In this document: positions 32,916 through 44,109 of the stretch, piece after piece
Position numbering within the stretch: position 1 is the stretch's first letter
How the letters are laid out: each line of letters begins with the position of its first letter
Source: Scyliorhinus canicula
Taxonomy: Eukaryota
Assembly: GCF_902713615.1 (NCBI RefSeq)
Contig: NC_052149.1
Span: 232,846,069-232,910,068 of the forward strand
DNA: 64,000 nucleotides
Direction of reading: 5' to 3'
Made by a program: the position numbers and the translations under genes
Notes under the pieces: generated by a model
Told to the model about the DNA's origin: nothing
What the model saw: the letters and a program-made list of their open reading frames with translations, nothing else
Database searches by the model: none

Positions 32916-35900
32916 AGAATTGGAGTTACATCTTGCCACAGTTGTGTGTGTAGATTTGAGGGGCCTCCTTCTGCACTGTAAATTCTATGATCTGATCTAT
33001 TTTCCTCTTGTCAGAGAAACTAGACCTAAGGGTCACTTTTTAAAAATAAGGGGTCACTCATTCAAGAAGCTGATGGGACAACATTTTTCTCTCAGACGTA
33101 AGCGTGTCTCCAGAACTCTCTTCCTCAAAAGGCAGTAGGAGCAATCTTGGAATATGTTTAAGGCAGAGCTGGATAGCTTCTTGATTAACCAGGGGGTGAA
33201 AGGTTATCGGGGGTCGGCAGGATTGTGGGGTTCAGGTTACAATCCGATCAGCCGTGATCTTATTGAAAGGCGGAGCAGGCTCGAGGGGCCGAATGGCCTA
33301 CTCTTGCATGAAGCAGGTGAGAGCAGCCCCACCCAGCTGAACGACAGTGGCGAGATGTTGGAGGAGGATGGTGCGGTCAGCCTGTCAGGGGCTGTGGAGA
33401 GGAGAAGGAGGGAAACCGTACCTTTACAAGGAATAAAAACAGAACGTGTTGGAAAAACTCAGCAGGTCTGGCAGCGTCTGTGGAGAAGAGTAGAGTAAAC
33501 ATTTTGAGTCCTCATAATTCTTCCTCAGAGCTTCTTTGACAAGGACTGTTTCAGCTCTGTGACACGGGCAGAAAGCTGATTTAGAATCCATACAATCCCT
33601 GCAGTGCAGAAGGAGGCCATTCGGCCCATTGAGTCTGCATGGACCCTCTGAAAGAGCACTCTACGTAGGCCCACTGCCCCGCCCTATCCCCGTAACCCCA
33701 CCTAACCCGCACACCTTTGGGCTGTGGGAGGAAACCGGAGCACCCGGAGGAAACCCACGTAGACACGGGGAGAAAGTGCAAACTCCACACAGTCACCCAA
33801 GGCCAGAATTGAACCTAAGTTCCTGGGTGCTGTGAGGCAGCAATGCTAACCACTCTGCCACCTGTGAGGGGGAGGGGGACCTGAAGAGGGAGGAAAGTGA
33901 ATAGTATTGGTTAATGTGGGAGCCAGGGAGGGAAGGTCAGAGGTTTTGTGGAAATGGACCTGGAGGTTTTCAAAACTCCTGGAATGCAAATGAAACCTTG
34001 TTCACAACAAAGCTTCTCCTTAAACCGTGGGCTGGATTCTTTGGTCGCCGATGCCATAATCGCGTTCGGCGATCGACTGGAGAATCCCTGGTTGTGCCGA
34101 AATTGGGGGCGCCGCCACTTTTGCAATGTTCCGCCCCCTTGAAAATGGTGTACTCACGGAGTATGCCGCTCGCCATTGGGACGGCCTCAGGACGTCACCT
34201 GAGGCCCTCCCCCGAGGCTACGCCCGCGATGGGCTGAGTTCCCGATGGCGTGGAACACATGTCCTATTTACTTTGGGAACCCGGCGTGGTGGCTGCGGAC
34301 TGGGTCCAGCGCCGCCACAATCGGGTGGGAGCCGTTCCGCGGGCAGGGTGTGCTTTGGCGGGGGCTGGGGGCACTGGTGGGGGTGTTCCAGGAGTGGCGA
34401 GGCTGATTAGAGGGGGGGCAGTTCTTGGCAGGCCGGCGCCACGTTGCACGGCGCGACCACTGCAGGCCACCGCTGTGCATGCCGGCATCAGCACTTCATC
34501 TTCAAATCAGAGAATCCAGCCCCACATCTCCCCAGCTTCATCCTCACAAAATGTGCAAGGAGCTTGTGGACTTTGTCACCAAGGTTGAGAGAATTCAGCC
34601 AACTGCTTCACCACATTCCTCCCCTGAACTTGCTACTTTTTCAGCTTCTCCCCTATATCCCCTCGTTCCCGATCGGTGCATCTTGTGTGGGAACCAATCT
34701 GCTGCTGCCTCCGCAGTTATTGATTGGGGGTGGGGAAGGTTTTATCTCACTCTTCCTGCCAGAGCTCACACTTCAGATATCTTAGCAAGGGTTAATGAAA
34801 TAGGAGCCGGAGCAAAACGCGAAGAGGATTTGCGGAAGACTATTGAAGAGTATCGAGGCCGAGTGCTGTCAGGAGAGTTCCGCTGATGCCCGCAGGCTCA
34901 AATTATTACAAATTGCCACCACGCTCATTTTCACATTTTCATTTATTTAATAAACGATGGGTTGTTCACAACATCTCTCTCCACCAATCCCTGCGCTCAC
35001 ATTGTGAAAGCATCTCCTTCAAGAATAGTTTTCATTGGCTGCAACTTGAATGAATACAAGGCAAAGAGCCCAAAATTTCTGGCGACGAGGAGGAAATTTG
35101 AAGTGGCTCCAGGTTATCCCAGCCCCCTTTAAATTCCCATGGGGGGAGGGGAGGGGGAGCCCAGTGCCGAGCCTTTCCCACACAAAGGAGGACTACCTAG
35201 GAAGTTAGAACATGAGAAATAGGAACAGGGTTGGGCTAAATGTCCTAAACAGCCAGCTTAGTTTGGATCATCCATTAATCTTCTCCACCTGTGTGAATAC
35301 GAGCTTCGTCCAAGCAATCCGTTAGAATTCACCCCCGGAGGGAGGAGAGCAGGGCGCCAATCCCTCACATTCCCCAGGACCTTGCCCGTTATGCCACTCA
35401 TGGGTCTCCATGCAATTCACTGCCAACAGGGAGCTGGCGTGAGTCCTTTTGATGCCTTTGCAAAGAATCACACCCCTTTGCTAGACTAAATGGGTGTTGA
35501 TTCCACAAGGATTACCTGGATTCAGAAGGTTATTAGCTGCACTGACAGTCGAGGAATATTTCTCACTAACTATTGTCTTTGGTGTAGAAGAATCTCACAC
35601 GGTATTAATTGGTGGCAGTGGTGGGGAGGGAGGAGGGGGGGGGAGGGAGCGAGTACCCCCCTCCAAGGTTATAGAACATAGAACATAGAACAGTACAGCA
35701 CAGAACAGGCCCTTCGGCCCTCGATGTTGTGCCGAGCCACGATCACCCTACTCAAACCCACGTATCCACCCTATACCCGTAACCCAACAACCCCCCCCCC
35801 CCTTAACCTTACTTTTTAGGACACTACGGGCAATTTAGCATGGCCAATCCACCTAACCCGCACATCTTTGGACTGTGGGAGGAAACCGGAGCACCTGGAG

Positions 35901-36594
35901 GAAACCCACGCACACACGGGGAGGACGTGCAGACTCCGCACAGACAGTGACCCAGCCGGGAATCGAACCTGGGACCCTGGAGCTGTGAAGCATTTATGCT
36001 AACCACCATGCTACCGTGCTGCCCACTAGGGTTATATTGGGACAAGTGCTACCACAATGGCTTTTGGGGGAGGATTCACTGGAAAGAAACCGAGATTAGC
36101 ATGAGATTGCCAGGACTGTTCGGGTACACAGAGGGAGAATTCGGAATGTCCAATTCACCTAACAAGCATGTCTTTCAGGAATTGTGGGAGGAAACCGGAG
36201 GAACCCCACGCAGGCACGGGGAGAACATGCAGACTCCACACAGACAGTGACCCAAGCCGGGAATCGAACCTGGGTCCCTGGTGCTGTGAAGCAACAGTGC
36301 TAACCACAGTACTAACCAGCCGCCCTGAGTGAACCAGATGGGTTTTTAGGCCATTGATGGTGTTTCCTGGTCACCAACCTTTATTTTATTAATTGAATTT
36401 ACATTCCACCAGATGTTATGATGGGATTTGAACCAGTGACCCCAGGACACTTGCCGGTGCTTCTCGATTACGAGTCCAGTGACCTCACCACCACACCATC
36501 TCTCCTCCTCTGTTTCCATGAGAATTAAAGATTAAGGAGCGATCAAATTGAGGTGCCGAAGATGTCTAGGGTGAGGGAGATAAGAATTTCCTCT

Positions 36595-37360
36595 TGTTAT
36601 GAACCATGCTGATGTTAAATGTGAGGGTATCCTAAAACCCAGAAGGGTAACGTGGAACACCTGTACATAGTGTGTGTTTTTTCTGGTATAATGTGAGGAA
36701 TGGTATAGAACCCAGTGAGGAACAGTCCTGTTGTGTGAACAATTAATAAAGAATATTTATTAACTTAAAAGTAAAGCAAAAACACACACGACAAGAAGGA
36801 CTATAATTAGTTACGACACTTAAGTAGACTGATGACTAAACGCATATCATTTTACATGAAAATATCCCTTGGACCACAACTACCGACATTTACCTGAACT
36901 CTCAGACAGCCCTTTTCCTAAACAGCATCCAACTTTGAGCACTTTATGAGTTTAATCCAGCAAATAATTACCACAAGAAGGTTAAGGTGGCCAAGGTCGG
37001 GAAATAGTGTCCAGGTTCAGCGAAGGTGGAAAAATGGTTGTTGTATTTTGGGAGACTGTATCTGCAACTTGATGCAGTTCTGATGTTAGCTATCTCTCTC
37101 TTTCTCTAGTTAGGGTTCTGCAGTTATATTATTCTTTCCCTTGAATGTTATTCACCCTGTGGAGTCAGCTTTTGGCAGGTACGTGTCAGCTTTGTTCCAT
37201 GTCCACCTCTGTAGCCCCATTGTTTACTCCAGTCACATGTGCACGTTGCTTGTTTTCCACTGATAGACAAATTCACATCTCATCATTTCTTGAGACATCT
37301 GCCTCTCAACTCCCTGTTTCACTTTGCCTTTTTAATCTTAATTTTACCCAATCGCTAACA
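36595..37360 (-). mobile_element. Solo LTR (766 bp) inserted in a CR1 3' fragment
   Basis: TGTTA...TAACA termini, 4-bp TSD CTCT; orientation inferred from minus-strand TATA and AATAAA. Confidence 0.8.
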
Positions 37361-37536
37361 CTCTTGTGGGGGAGTCCAGAGAAAGGGGAACAAGTTTGCA
37401 CTCGGAGCGAGGCTGTCATGGGCGGGTGTCAGGAGGCACTTCCTCGCACACAGGATGGGGGAAATCTGAAACTCCCTCGTCAACGGTTGCTGGGGGTCAT
37501 ATGGAGTTTTCAAAACTGAGATCAATAGTTTTCTTT

Positions 37537-39407
37537 TGGGTTCGAGCATCGAGGGGAATGGAATCAGCCTGGGCAGAGAGGGGAATGGAATCGGGCCTGG
37601 CAGAGAGGGTTAGAGCATCGAGGGGAATGGAATCAGGTCGGGCAGAGAGGGGAATGGAATCAGGTCGGGCAGAGAGGGTTAGAGCATCAAGGGGAATGGA
37701 ATCAGGCCGGGCAGAGAGGGTTCGAGCATCGAGGGGAATGGAATCAGCCTGGGCAGAGAGGGGAATGGAATCGGGCCGGGCAGAGAGGGTTCGAGCATCG
37801 AGGGGAATGGAATCAGGTCGGGCAGAGAGGGGAATGGAATCGGGTCGGGCAGAGAGGGGAATGGAATCGGGCCGGGCAGAGAGGGTTCGAGCATCGAGGG
37901 GAATGGAATCAGGCCGGGCAGAGAGGGTTCGAGCATCGAGGGGAATGGAATCAGGTCGGGCAGAGAGGGGAATGGAATCAGCCTGGGCAGAGAGGGGAAT
38001 GGAATCAGGCCGGGCAGAGAGGGTTCGAGCATCGAGGGGAATGGAATCAGGTCGGGCAGAGAGGGTTAGAGCATCGAGGGGAATGGAATCAGGTCGGGCA
38101 GAGAGGGTTCGAGCATCGAGGGGAATGGAATCGGGCCGGGCAGAAAGGGTTAGAGCATCGAGGGGAATGGAATCAGGTCGGGCAGAGAGGGTTCGAGCAT
38201 CGAGGGGAATGGAATGGGGTCGGGCAGAAAGGGTTCGAGCATCGAGGGGAATGGAATCGGGCCGGGCAGAGAGGGGAATGGAATCGGGCCGGGCAGAGAG
38301 GGTTAGAGCATCGAGGGGAATGGAATGGGGTCGGGCAGAAAGGGTTTGAGCATCGAGGGGAATGGAATCGGGCCGGGCAGAGAGGGGAATTGAATCGGGC
38401 CGGGCAGAGAGGGTTAGAGCATCGAGGGGAATGGAATCAGGCCGGGCAGAGAGGGTTAGAGCATCGAGGGGAATGGAATCAGGTCGGGCAGAGAGGGTTA
38501 GAGCATCGAGGGGAATGGAATCAGGCCGGGCAGAGAGGGTTAGAGCATCGAGGGGAATGGAATCAGGTCGGGCAGAGAGGGTTAGAGCATCGAGGGGAAT
38601 GGAATCAGGCTGGGCAGAGAGGGTTAGAGCATCGAGGGGAATGGAATCAGGCCGGGCAGAGAGGGTTCGAGCATCGAGGGGAATGGAATCAGGTCGGGCA
38701 GACAGGGTTAGAGCATCGAAGGGAATGGAATCAGGTCGGGCAGAGAGGGTTAGAGCATCGAGGGGAATGGAATCAGGCCGGGCAGAGAGGGTTAGAGCAT
38801 CGAGGGGAATGGAATCAGGCTGGGCAGAGAGGGGAATGGAATCAGGTCGGGCAGAGAGGGTTAGAGCATCGAGGGGAATGGAATCAGGTCGGGCAGAGAG
38901 GGTTAGAGCATCGAGGGGAATGGAATCAGGTCGGGCAGAGAGGGTTAGAGCATCGAGGGGAATGGAATCAGGCCGGGCAGAGAGGGTTCGAGCATCGAGG
39001 GGAATGGAATCAGGTCGGGCAGAGAGGGTTAGAGCATCGAGGGGAATGGAATCAGGTCGGGCAGAGAGGGGAATGGAATCAGGCCGGGCAGAGAGGGTTA
39101 GAGCATCGAGGGGAATGGAATCAGGTCGGGCATCGAAGGGAATGGAATCAGGTCGGGCAGAGAGGGTTAGAGCATCGAGGGGAATGGAATCGGGCCGGGC
39201 AGAGAGGGTTCGAGCATCGAGGGAAATGGAATCAGGTCGAGCAGAGAGGGTTAGAGCATCGAGGGGAATGGAATCAGGCCGGGCAGAGAGGGTTAGAGCA
39301 TCGAGGGAAATGGAATCGGGCCGGGCAGAAAGGGGAATGGAATCAGGCTGGGCAGAGAGGGTTAGAGCATCGAGGGGAATGGAATCAGGTCGGGCAGAGA
39401 GGGTTAG
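37537..39407. repeat. 42/27-bp minisatellite (gagcatcgaggggaatggaatcaggccgggcagagagggtta)n derived from a CR1 3' end
   Basis: Tandem periodicity; flanks are a CR1 ORF2 end (FKTEINSFL) and a CR1 3'UTR (gccatgat..gacgggctcaatggtctcc). Confidence 0.92.
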
Positions 39408-39731
39408 GATCCAGAGCGGCCATGATGTAACTGAAAGGCAGGAGAGGCTTGACGGGCTCAATGGTCTCCCCCCGGGGGTGGGGGGGGTGGGGGGGGGGGG
39501 GGGGGGGGGGGGGGGCGAGTGTGTTAATTTCCTCAGGGAATCTGTCGACCCTGTTTTTCCTGGGAATTCTATCAGTATATCAGCAGCAGAGACTTGGGAA
39601 GAGACAATGTTAAATATTCACTCAGGTGGCTTTCCTTCGCCAGGTGTCCAGCATTTTGTGCCAGTAAAGTGATCCCATCCCCAGGAATCTCAGGCCCTCC
39701 GGCCTGAACTGCAGCCAAAATCGGGATCAGA

Positions 39732-39921
39732 TGGAATTCCGTATCCCACACCGTCCTTACAAACCCCCAACTTTCCAACTGGGAATTCAGTATCCCACAC
39801 CGTCCTTACAAACCCCCAACTTTCCAACCGGGAATTCCGTATCCCACACCGTCCTTACAAACCCCCAACTTTCCAACCGGGAATTCCGTATTCCACACCG
39901 TCCTTACAAACCCCCAACTTT
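39732..39921. repeat. 49-bp tandem repeat, about 4 copies
   Basis: ggaattccgtatcccacaccgtccttacaaacccccaactttccaacc(g) repeated. Confidence 0.9.
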
Positions 39922-40450
39922 ATAACCAGGGATTTTCCCTTCATTCTGCGACACTTGTACAAAATTAAAATGGATGCGACTCACAGCTATTTCTATTATT
40001 GTCAAACACCTCATATGCACTACACATTGAAACTCTATACTTCCCTCATGTGTGTTCCCTCCCTCCCCTCGTCCTCTTCACATCCTCACCTCCCCCACGC
40101 GCCCCTACCCCCTTTGCCGAACACAGCCCCCACCCTCTCCCTCTTCCCCTCCTACCCAACATGGCTTTCTCCCATCATGCGCACTCCCCCTCCCTACCTA
40201 ACAGCTGTCTCCCCTCATACCCCCTCTCACTTGTTCCTACCACCCTTTCCCCCACCTAACCCCCCCCCCCCCCCCCCCCCACCAAGTACCCGATGTGGCC
40301 CGTCCCCCTTCCTCTCTGCCGCCTGACTTAATCATTCCCCCCACCACTCACGCCCTTCCCCATCTGCTCCCAACATAGTTTACCTTACGCTCCCCCCCCC
40401 CCCCCCCCCCCCCCCCCCCCGCCCCGTACTCAGCACCTTTCTCCGCAACA

Positions 40451-40696
40451 CTAGGGTATTTGTAACACCGACTGTTTATGTTTGAAACTGCCCAGCAGTG
40501 CCAGCACGCCGCGCTTCAGATTGGAGCCGCCGGTGCACTTGGGGGCAGAGTGGAGGGGTCCGGGCGCAGGCCCCGCACCATCAATCACCGGGTGCGAAAG
40601 GTGTTTCTTCAGACCTGCGGGGGGCGACGGTGAGCGGGTGGCTCTCTTGGGTCTCGATGAGGGAGTCGCGGCCACCAAGCACTTCTGGTATTGCAG
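40451..40696 (-). CDS. APBB3: APBB3 terminal coding exon (LQYQKCLVAA...KRGVLALLGSFKHKQSVLQIP*)
   Basis: caacag| acceptor; matches the Fe65L2 C-terminus VQYQKCLVAS...[22 protein letters not shown]; TAG at 40451-40453. Confidence 0.9.
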   Translation of the reverse strand: MQYQKCLVAATPSSRPKRATRSPSPPAGLKKHLSHPVIDGAGPAPGPLHSAPKCTGGSNLKRGVLALLGSFKHKQSVLQIP

Positions 40697-41085
40697 CTGT
40701 TGGATAGAAGGATACCACGAGGTTAACCAACAGCACATGAGCAGCGACGGCAGAGTTTGGGTACCTCAATAGGGCATCGCGTAAAGAGGGACGGAAAGCC
40801 CCAAGAGATGGGCGCATCCTTGTGAGATCATTGTGGGGGGATTATTTACTCTCCTCTCTTTCTATGTTTCACCATAGAATCCAGCCTGGTCAGACCTGAC
40901 ACTGCTCGTGTTCAATAACAATTTCAGGAAGAGAACACAGTATAGTGGAGGACATTTGGCCAATCGTGTCTGTGCAGGCTTTTTGAATGAGCTATCCAGT
41001 TAGTTCCACTCCAGCTCCCTACCCATTGACCTGCAAATTCAACCATTTTCAAGCATTTATCCCACCTTCTTGTGAAAATTATGAT

Positions 41086-42083
41086 TGAAGGGGTGTCCAG
41101 CGATGAGACCTCCTAAAACTGAATAGCTAGGATGCCACTAGAGTACTTCTACAAAAGTTAGCTACAAAAGGGCAGCACGGTAGCACAGTGGTTAGCACAA
41201 TTGCTTCACAGCTCCAGGGTCCCAGGTTCGATTCCGGCTGGGGTCACTGTGCGGAGTCTGTACATCCTCCCCGTGTGTGCGTGGGTTTCCTCCGGGTGCT
41301 CCGGTTTCCTCCCACATTCCAAAGATGTGCAGGTTAGGTGGATTGGCCATGCTAAATTGCCCTTAGTGTCCAAAATTGCCCTTAGTGTTGGGCGGGGTTA
41401 CTGGGTTATGGGGATAGGGTGGCGGTGTTGACCTTGGGTAGGGTGCTCTTTCCAAGAGCCGGTGCAAACTCGATGGGCCGAATGGCCTCCTTCTGCACTG
41501 TAAATTCTATGATAAGGATTGAGATTAATTATAGAAAGTATACCCAATAATCAATATTAACCATTAAACCTGTATTTTAGGCCATAGCAGTGATAATCAT
41601 GATAATGAGTGATAACCATGGATTGTCTGAAACAATCCATGAAGTAAAGAGGAAGCCAGTTCTGACATCCTGTTTCGAGCTGGACAATGGTGTACAGGAT
41701 CGGACGGCAATATTAGGATTGGAAAAACAACTTAAAATGGACCTTGGTAAACAACAGGTGACAGGATGGGAGTAAATCATGTGTTGGTCACAATTTTACT
41801 GGATAGTTTGAACCTGACAGCTTCAGGGATTGGATCGAGTCCAACTGGGGTGGGCTATTGATTTTTGGAAATCGTATAATTGATGTGTTTTTGTCAGTTC
41901 AGCAGATCGATCTTGACATTATCCAGGTCCATCTCTCGCGTAGACAAAAATCAAGCTTGGGTTAATAAAGCCGTCTTCACCAGGTTGTGTGTCTGCTCTG
42001 TTTATTAAGCTAAGGCCTAACAATGAGGGAGGAACGCCAAGTAAAGGCTCGCTTAATACTCAGGCCTTGGAAACGCTTCTACA
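41086..42083 (+). mobile_element. Probable solo LTR interrupted by a SINE (41170-41512)
   Basis: TGAAG...CTACA termini, 5-bp TSD ATGAT (41081-41085, 42084-42088), AATAAA at about 41964. Confidence 0.6.
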
Positions 42084-42231
42084 ATGATTGAATCTGATTC
42101 CACCCGGGTAGTGCATTCCGGATTACAACAACTCGTTGTGGGAAAAGGAATCTCCACATCCATCTTCTGTATCGTTTGACAGTTATCTTAAAATTGTGTT
42201 CTCTGAATATCGACAAATCAGTGTAAACCTT

Positions 42232-42537
42232 TGTGGTGAATGTGATTCACACGGTATTATAATCTGTATATATATTTGTCTATATTGTAAGTGCAGTTGC
42301 ACTACCTGACCGCCAGGGGGAGTAGCTCTGGGAATACTCGAGAGTTGTACTGGGCTTCTCCCTTGGCTCCACCCAGGACTCCTCCCCCGGAAGCTGCTGT
42401 ATAAAGATCAGTGCCACAGGGTCAGCCACCCAGTTCACCGAAAGTTCAATGGCTAACCGGCTGGCTCTGTTGTAAGTATATTAAAACCGCTATTCTAATC
42501 CTACAAGCACGTGTCCGTAGAATTGTTGGTTCCAACA
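42232..42537 (+). mobile_element. Short solo LTR (306 bp)
   Basis: TGT...ACA termini, perfect 5-bp TSD ACCTT, TATAAA and ATTAAA. Confidence 0.8.
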
Positions 42538-43467
42538 ACCTTTTCTCTCTATCAAATTCTCTCACCCCTATTAAATTTCCTATTAACCTTCTTCCCTCGA
42601 GAACAATCTCAGCATCTCCAGTGCCTCTGCATAAATCCCTGGATGAGTGACGCTCCAGTATTCAAGAAGCTCAACACCCAAAACAAAAAAGTCCATTCAA
42701 TCAGAATCCCATCTCTGACCTTAAACATTTGCTCCCTCCACCACCGACGCACAGTGGCAGCCGTGTGTACCATCTACAAGATGCACTGCGTCAACTCAAC
42801 AAGATTCCTCCAACAGCACCTTCCAAACCCATGGCCGCTACCATCTAGAAGATGAAGGGCAGCAGATACCTGGTAACCCCACCGCCTGGAGGTTCCCCTC
42901 CAAGTCACTCACCTACCATATTGGAAATATATGGGCCGCTCCTTCACTGTCTCTGGGTCAAAATCCTGGAACTCCCCTCCCTAACAGCATGGTGGGTGTA
43001 CCCACACCACATGAGCAGCAACGGTTCAAAGATGGGGCTCACCCCCACCCAGGGGACGGACAACAAATTACGGCCAAGCCAGTGACACCCACATCCCATG
43101 AATAAATAAAATGGAAAGAAATGTCCATCACCTGTAACCTTTTCACCAGACCTCACCATATACAATCACCAGGGGTATATATGCTATACATTGTGTTGGG
43201 TTTGGTTCAGTTACTCTGGGTTTTATGTATTTTACAATGGCGAAAGAGAAGGAATGGAGCTCATTGCATGGCTCTTTCTAAGGGAAAGCAAGATTGGCTG
43301 AAAGTTTTTCTGAAATGCGCCGAGATTCAATTACTCCATGATTCTAAATTGCAAAGCAACGGGGAAAGCGCAATGGGGAATTGGAATAAGAGACAGAGCC
43401 AGTACATGTGCGATGGGCCGAGTGGCCCCCTCTTTGCGGCACCCGATGATGCTACGGCAAGACTCAC

Positions 43468-43647
43468 CATGCAAGCGGCCTGAATGGCCTCGGAGATGCA
43501 GCCTGCATCAGGCTCACACCAGAAAACGTGGCACTCAAAGCGTTGGAGTCCCGTGTCCACAATGAGGCCGAAGGTGCACGGGTCCTTCCCGATGCCCAGA
43601 AACGTCAAATAGCGCACACGGCACTCCCACCACGGCACCCCGCTGTC
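43468..43647 (-). CDS. APBB3: APBB3 PTB2 exon (DSGVPWWECRVRYLTFLGIGKDPCTFGLIVDTGLQRFECHVFWCEPDAGCISEAIQAACM)
   Basis: Fe65-family PTB2 signature; ccag|...|gtgagt; 180 nt, phase 0/0. Confidence 0.95.
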
Positions 43648-44109
43648 CTGGACAGAACACAAAATACACATTGGTCAAAAATTATATGTTCCCACCAGAC
43701 TGATTGGCCCAGACATCTCCTGGAGCTGGGGCGTCTCACAGCGTATTTACAGCAGCACAACAGGCCATTCAGCCCAACTGATCTGTTCATGCTCCACACA
43801 AGCTTCTTCCCACCCTTGTTCATCTCACTCTATACCCACTTGTTTCTTGTCCTTTCTCCCTCATTTATTTACGTAACCTCCTCTTAAATGCATGTTGTTC
43901 ATCTCAAACACACCCTCTGTTCGTGACTTCCATATTCCCACCACTCCCTGGGTAAAGACATTTCTCTGAATTTCCTATTCGATGAGTGAGCAGGAAGGGT
44001 TGGAGTCCCACCCCAGGGCTTGACGGTCAAGGAAGGTGCGTACATAACGCAGCCAAACAGGTTGAGTGTCAACCTGCAAATCCTTTCAATACACTCCCAA
44101 CGGCAGACC

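Noticed and set aside
34750-35660. Unique-looking stretch as a possible exon or conserved element
   Set aside because: No recognisable protein similarity or convincing splice-site pair; a BLAST or conservation search would be needed.
37366-39672. Long repetitive ORFs (MESGRAERVRASRG)n and their antisense
   Set aside because: Translation of a CR1-derived minisatellite.
40390-40420. Long poly-C/poly-G runs here and throughout the window
   Set aside because: Homopolymer lengths are unreliable in assemblies and many sit inside transposons; no function can be inferred.
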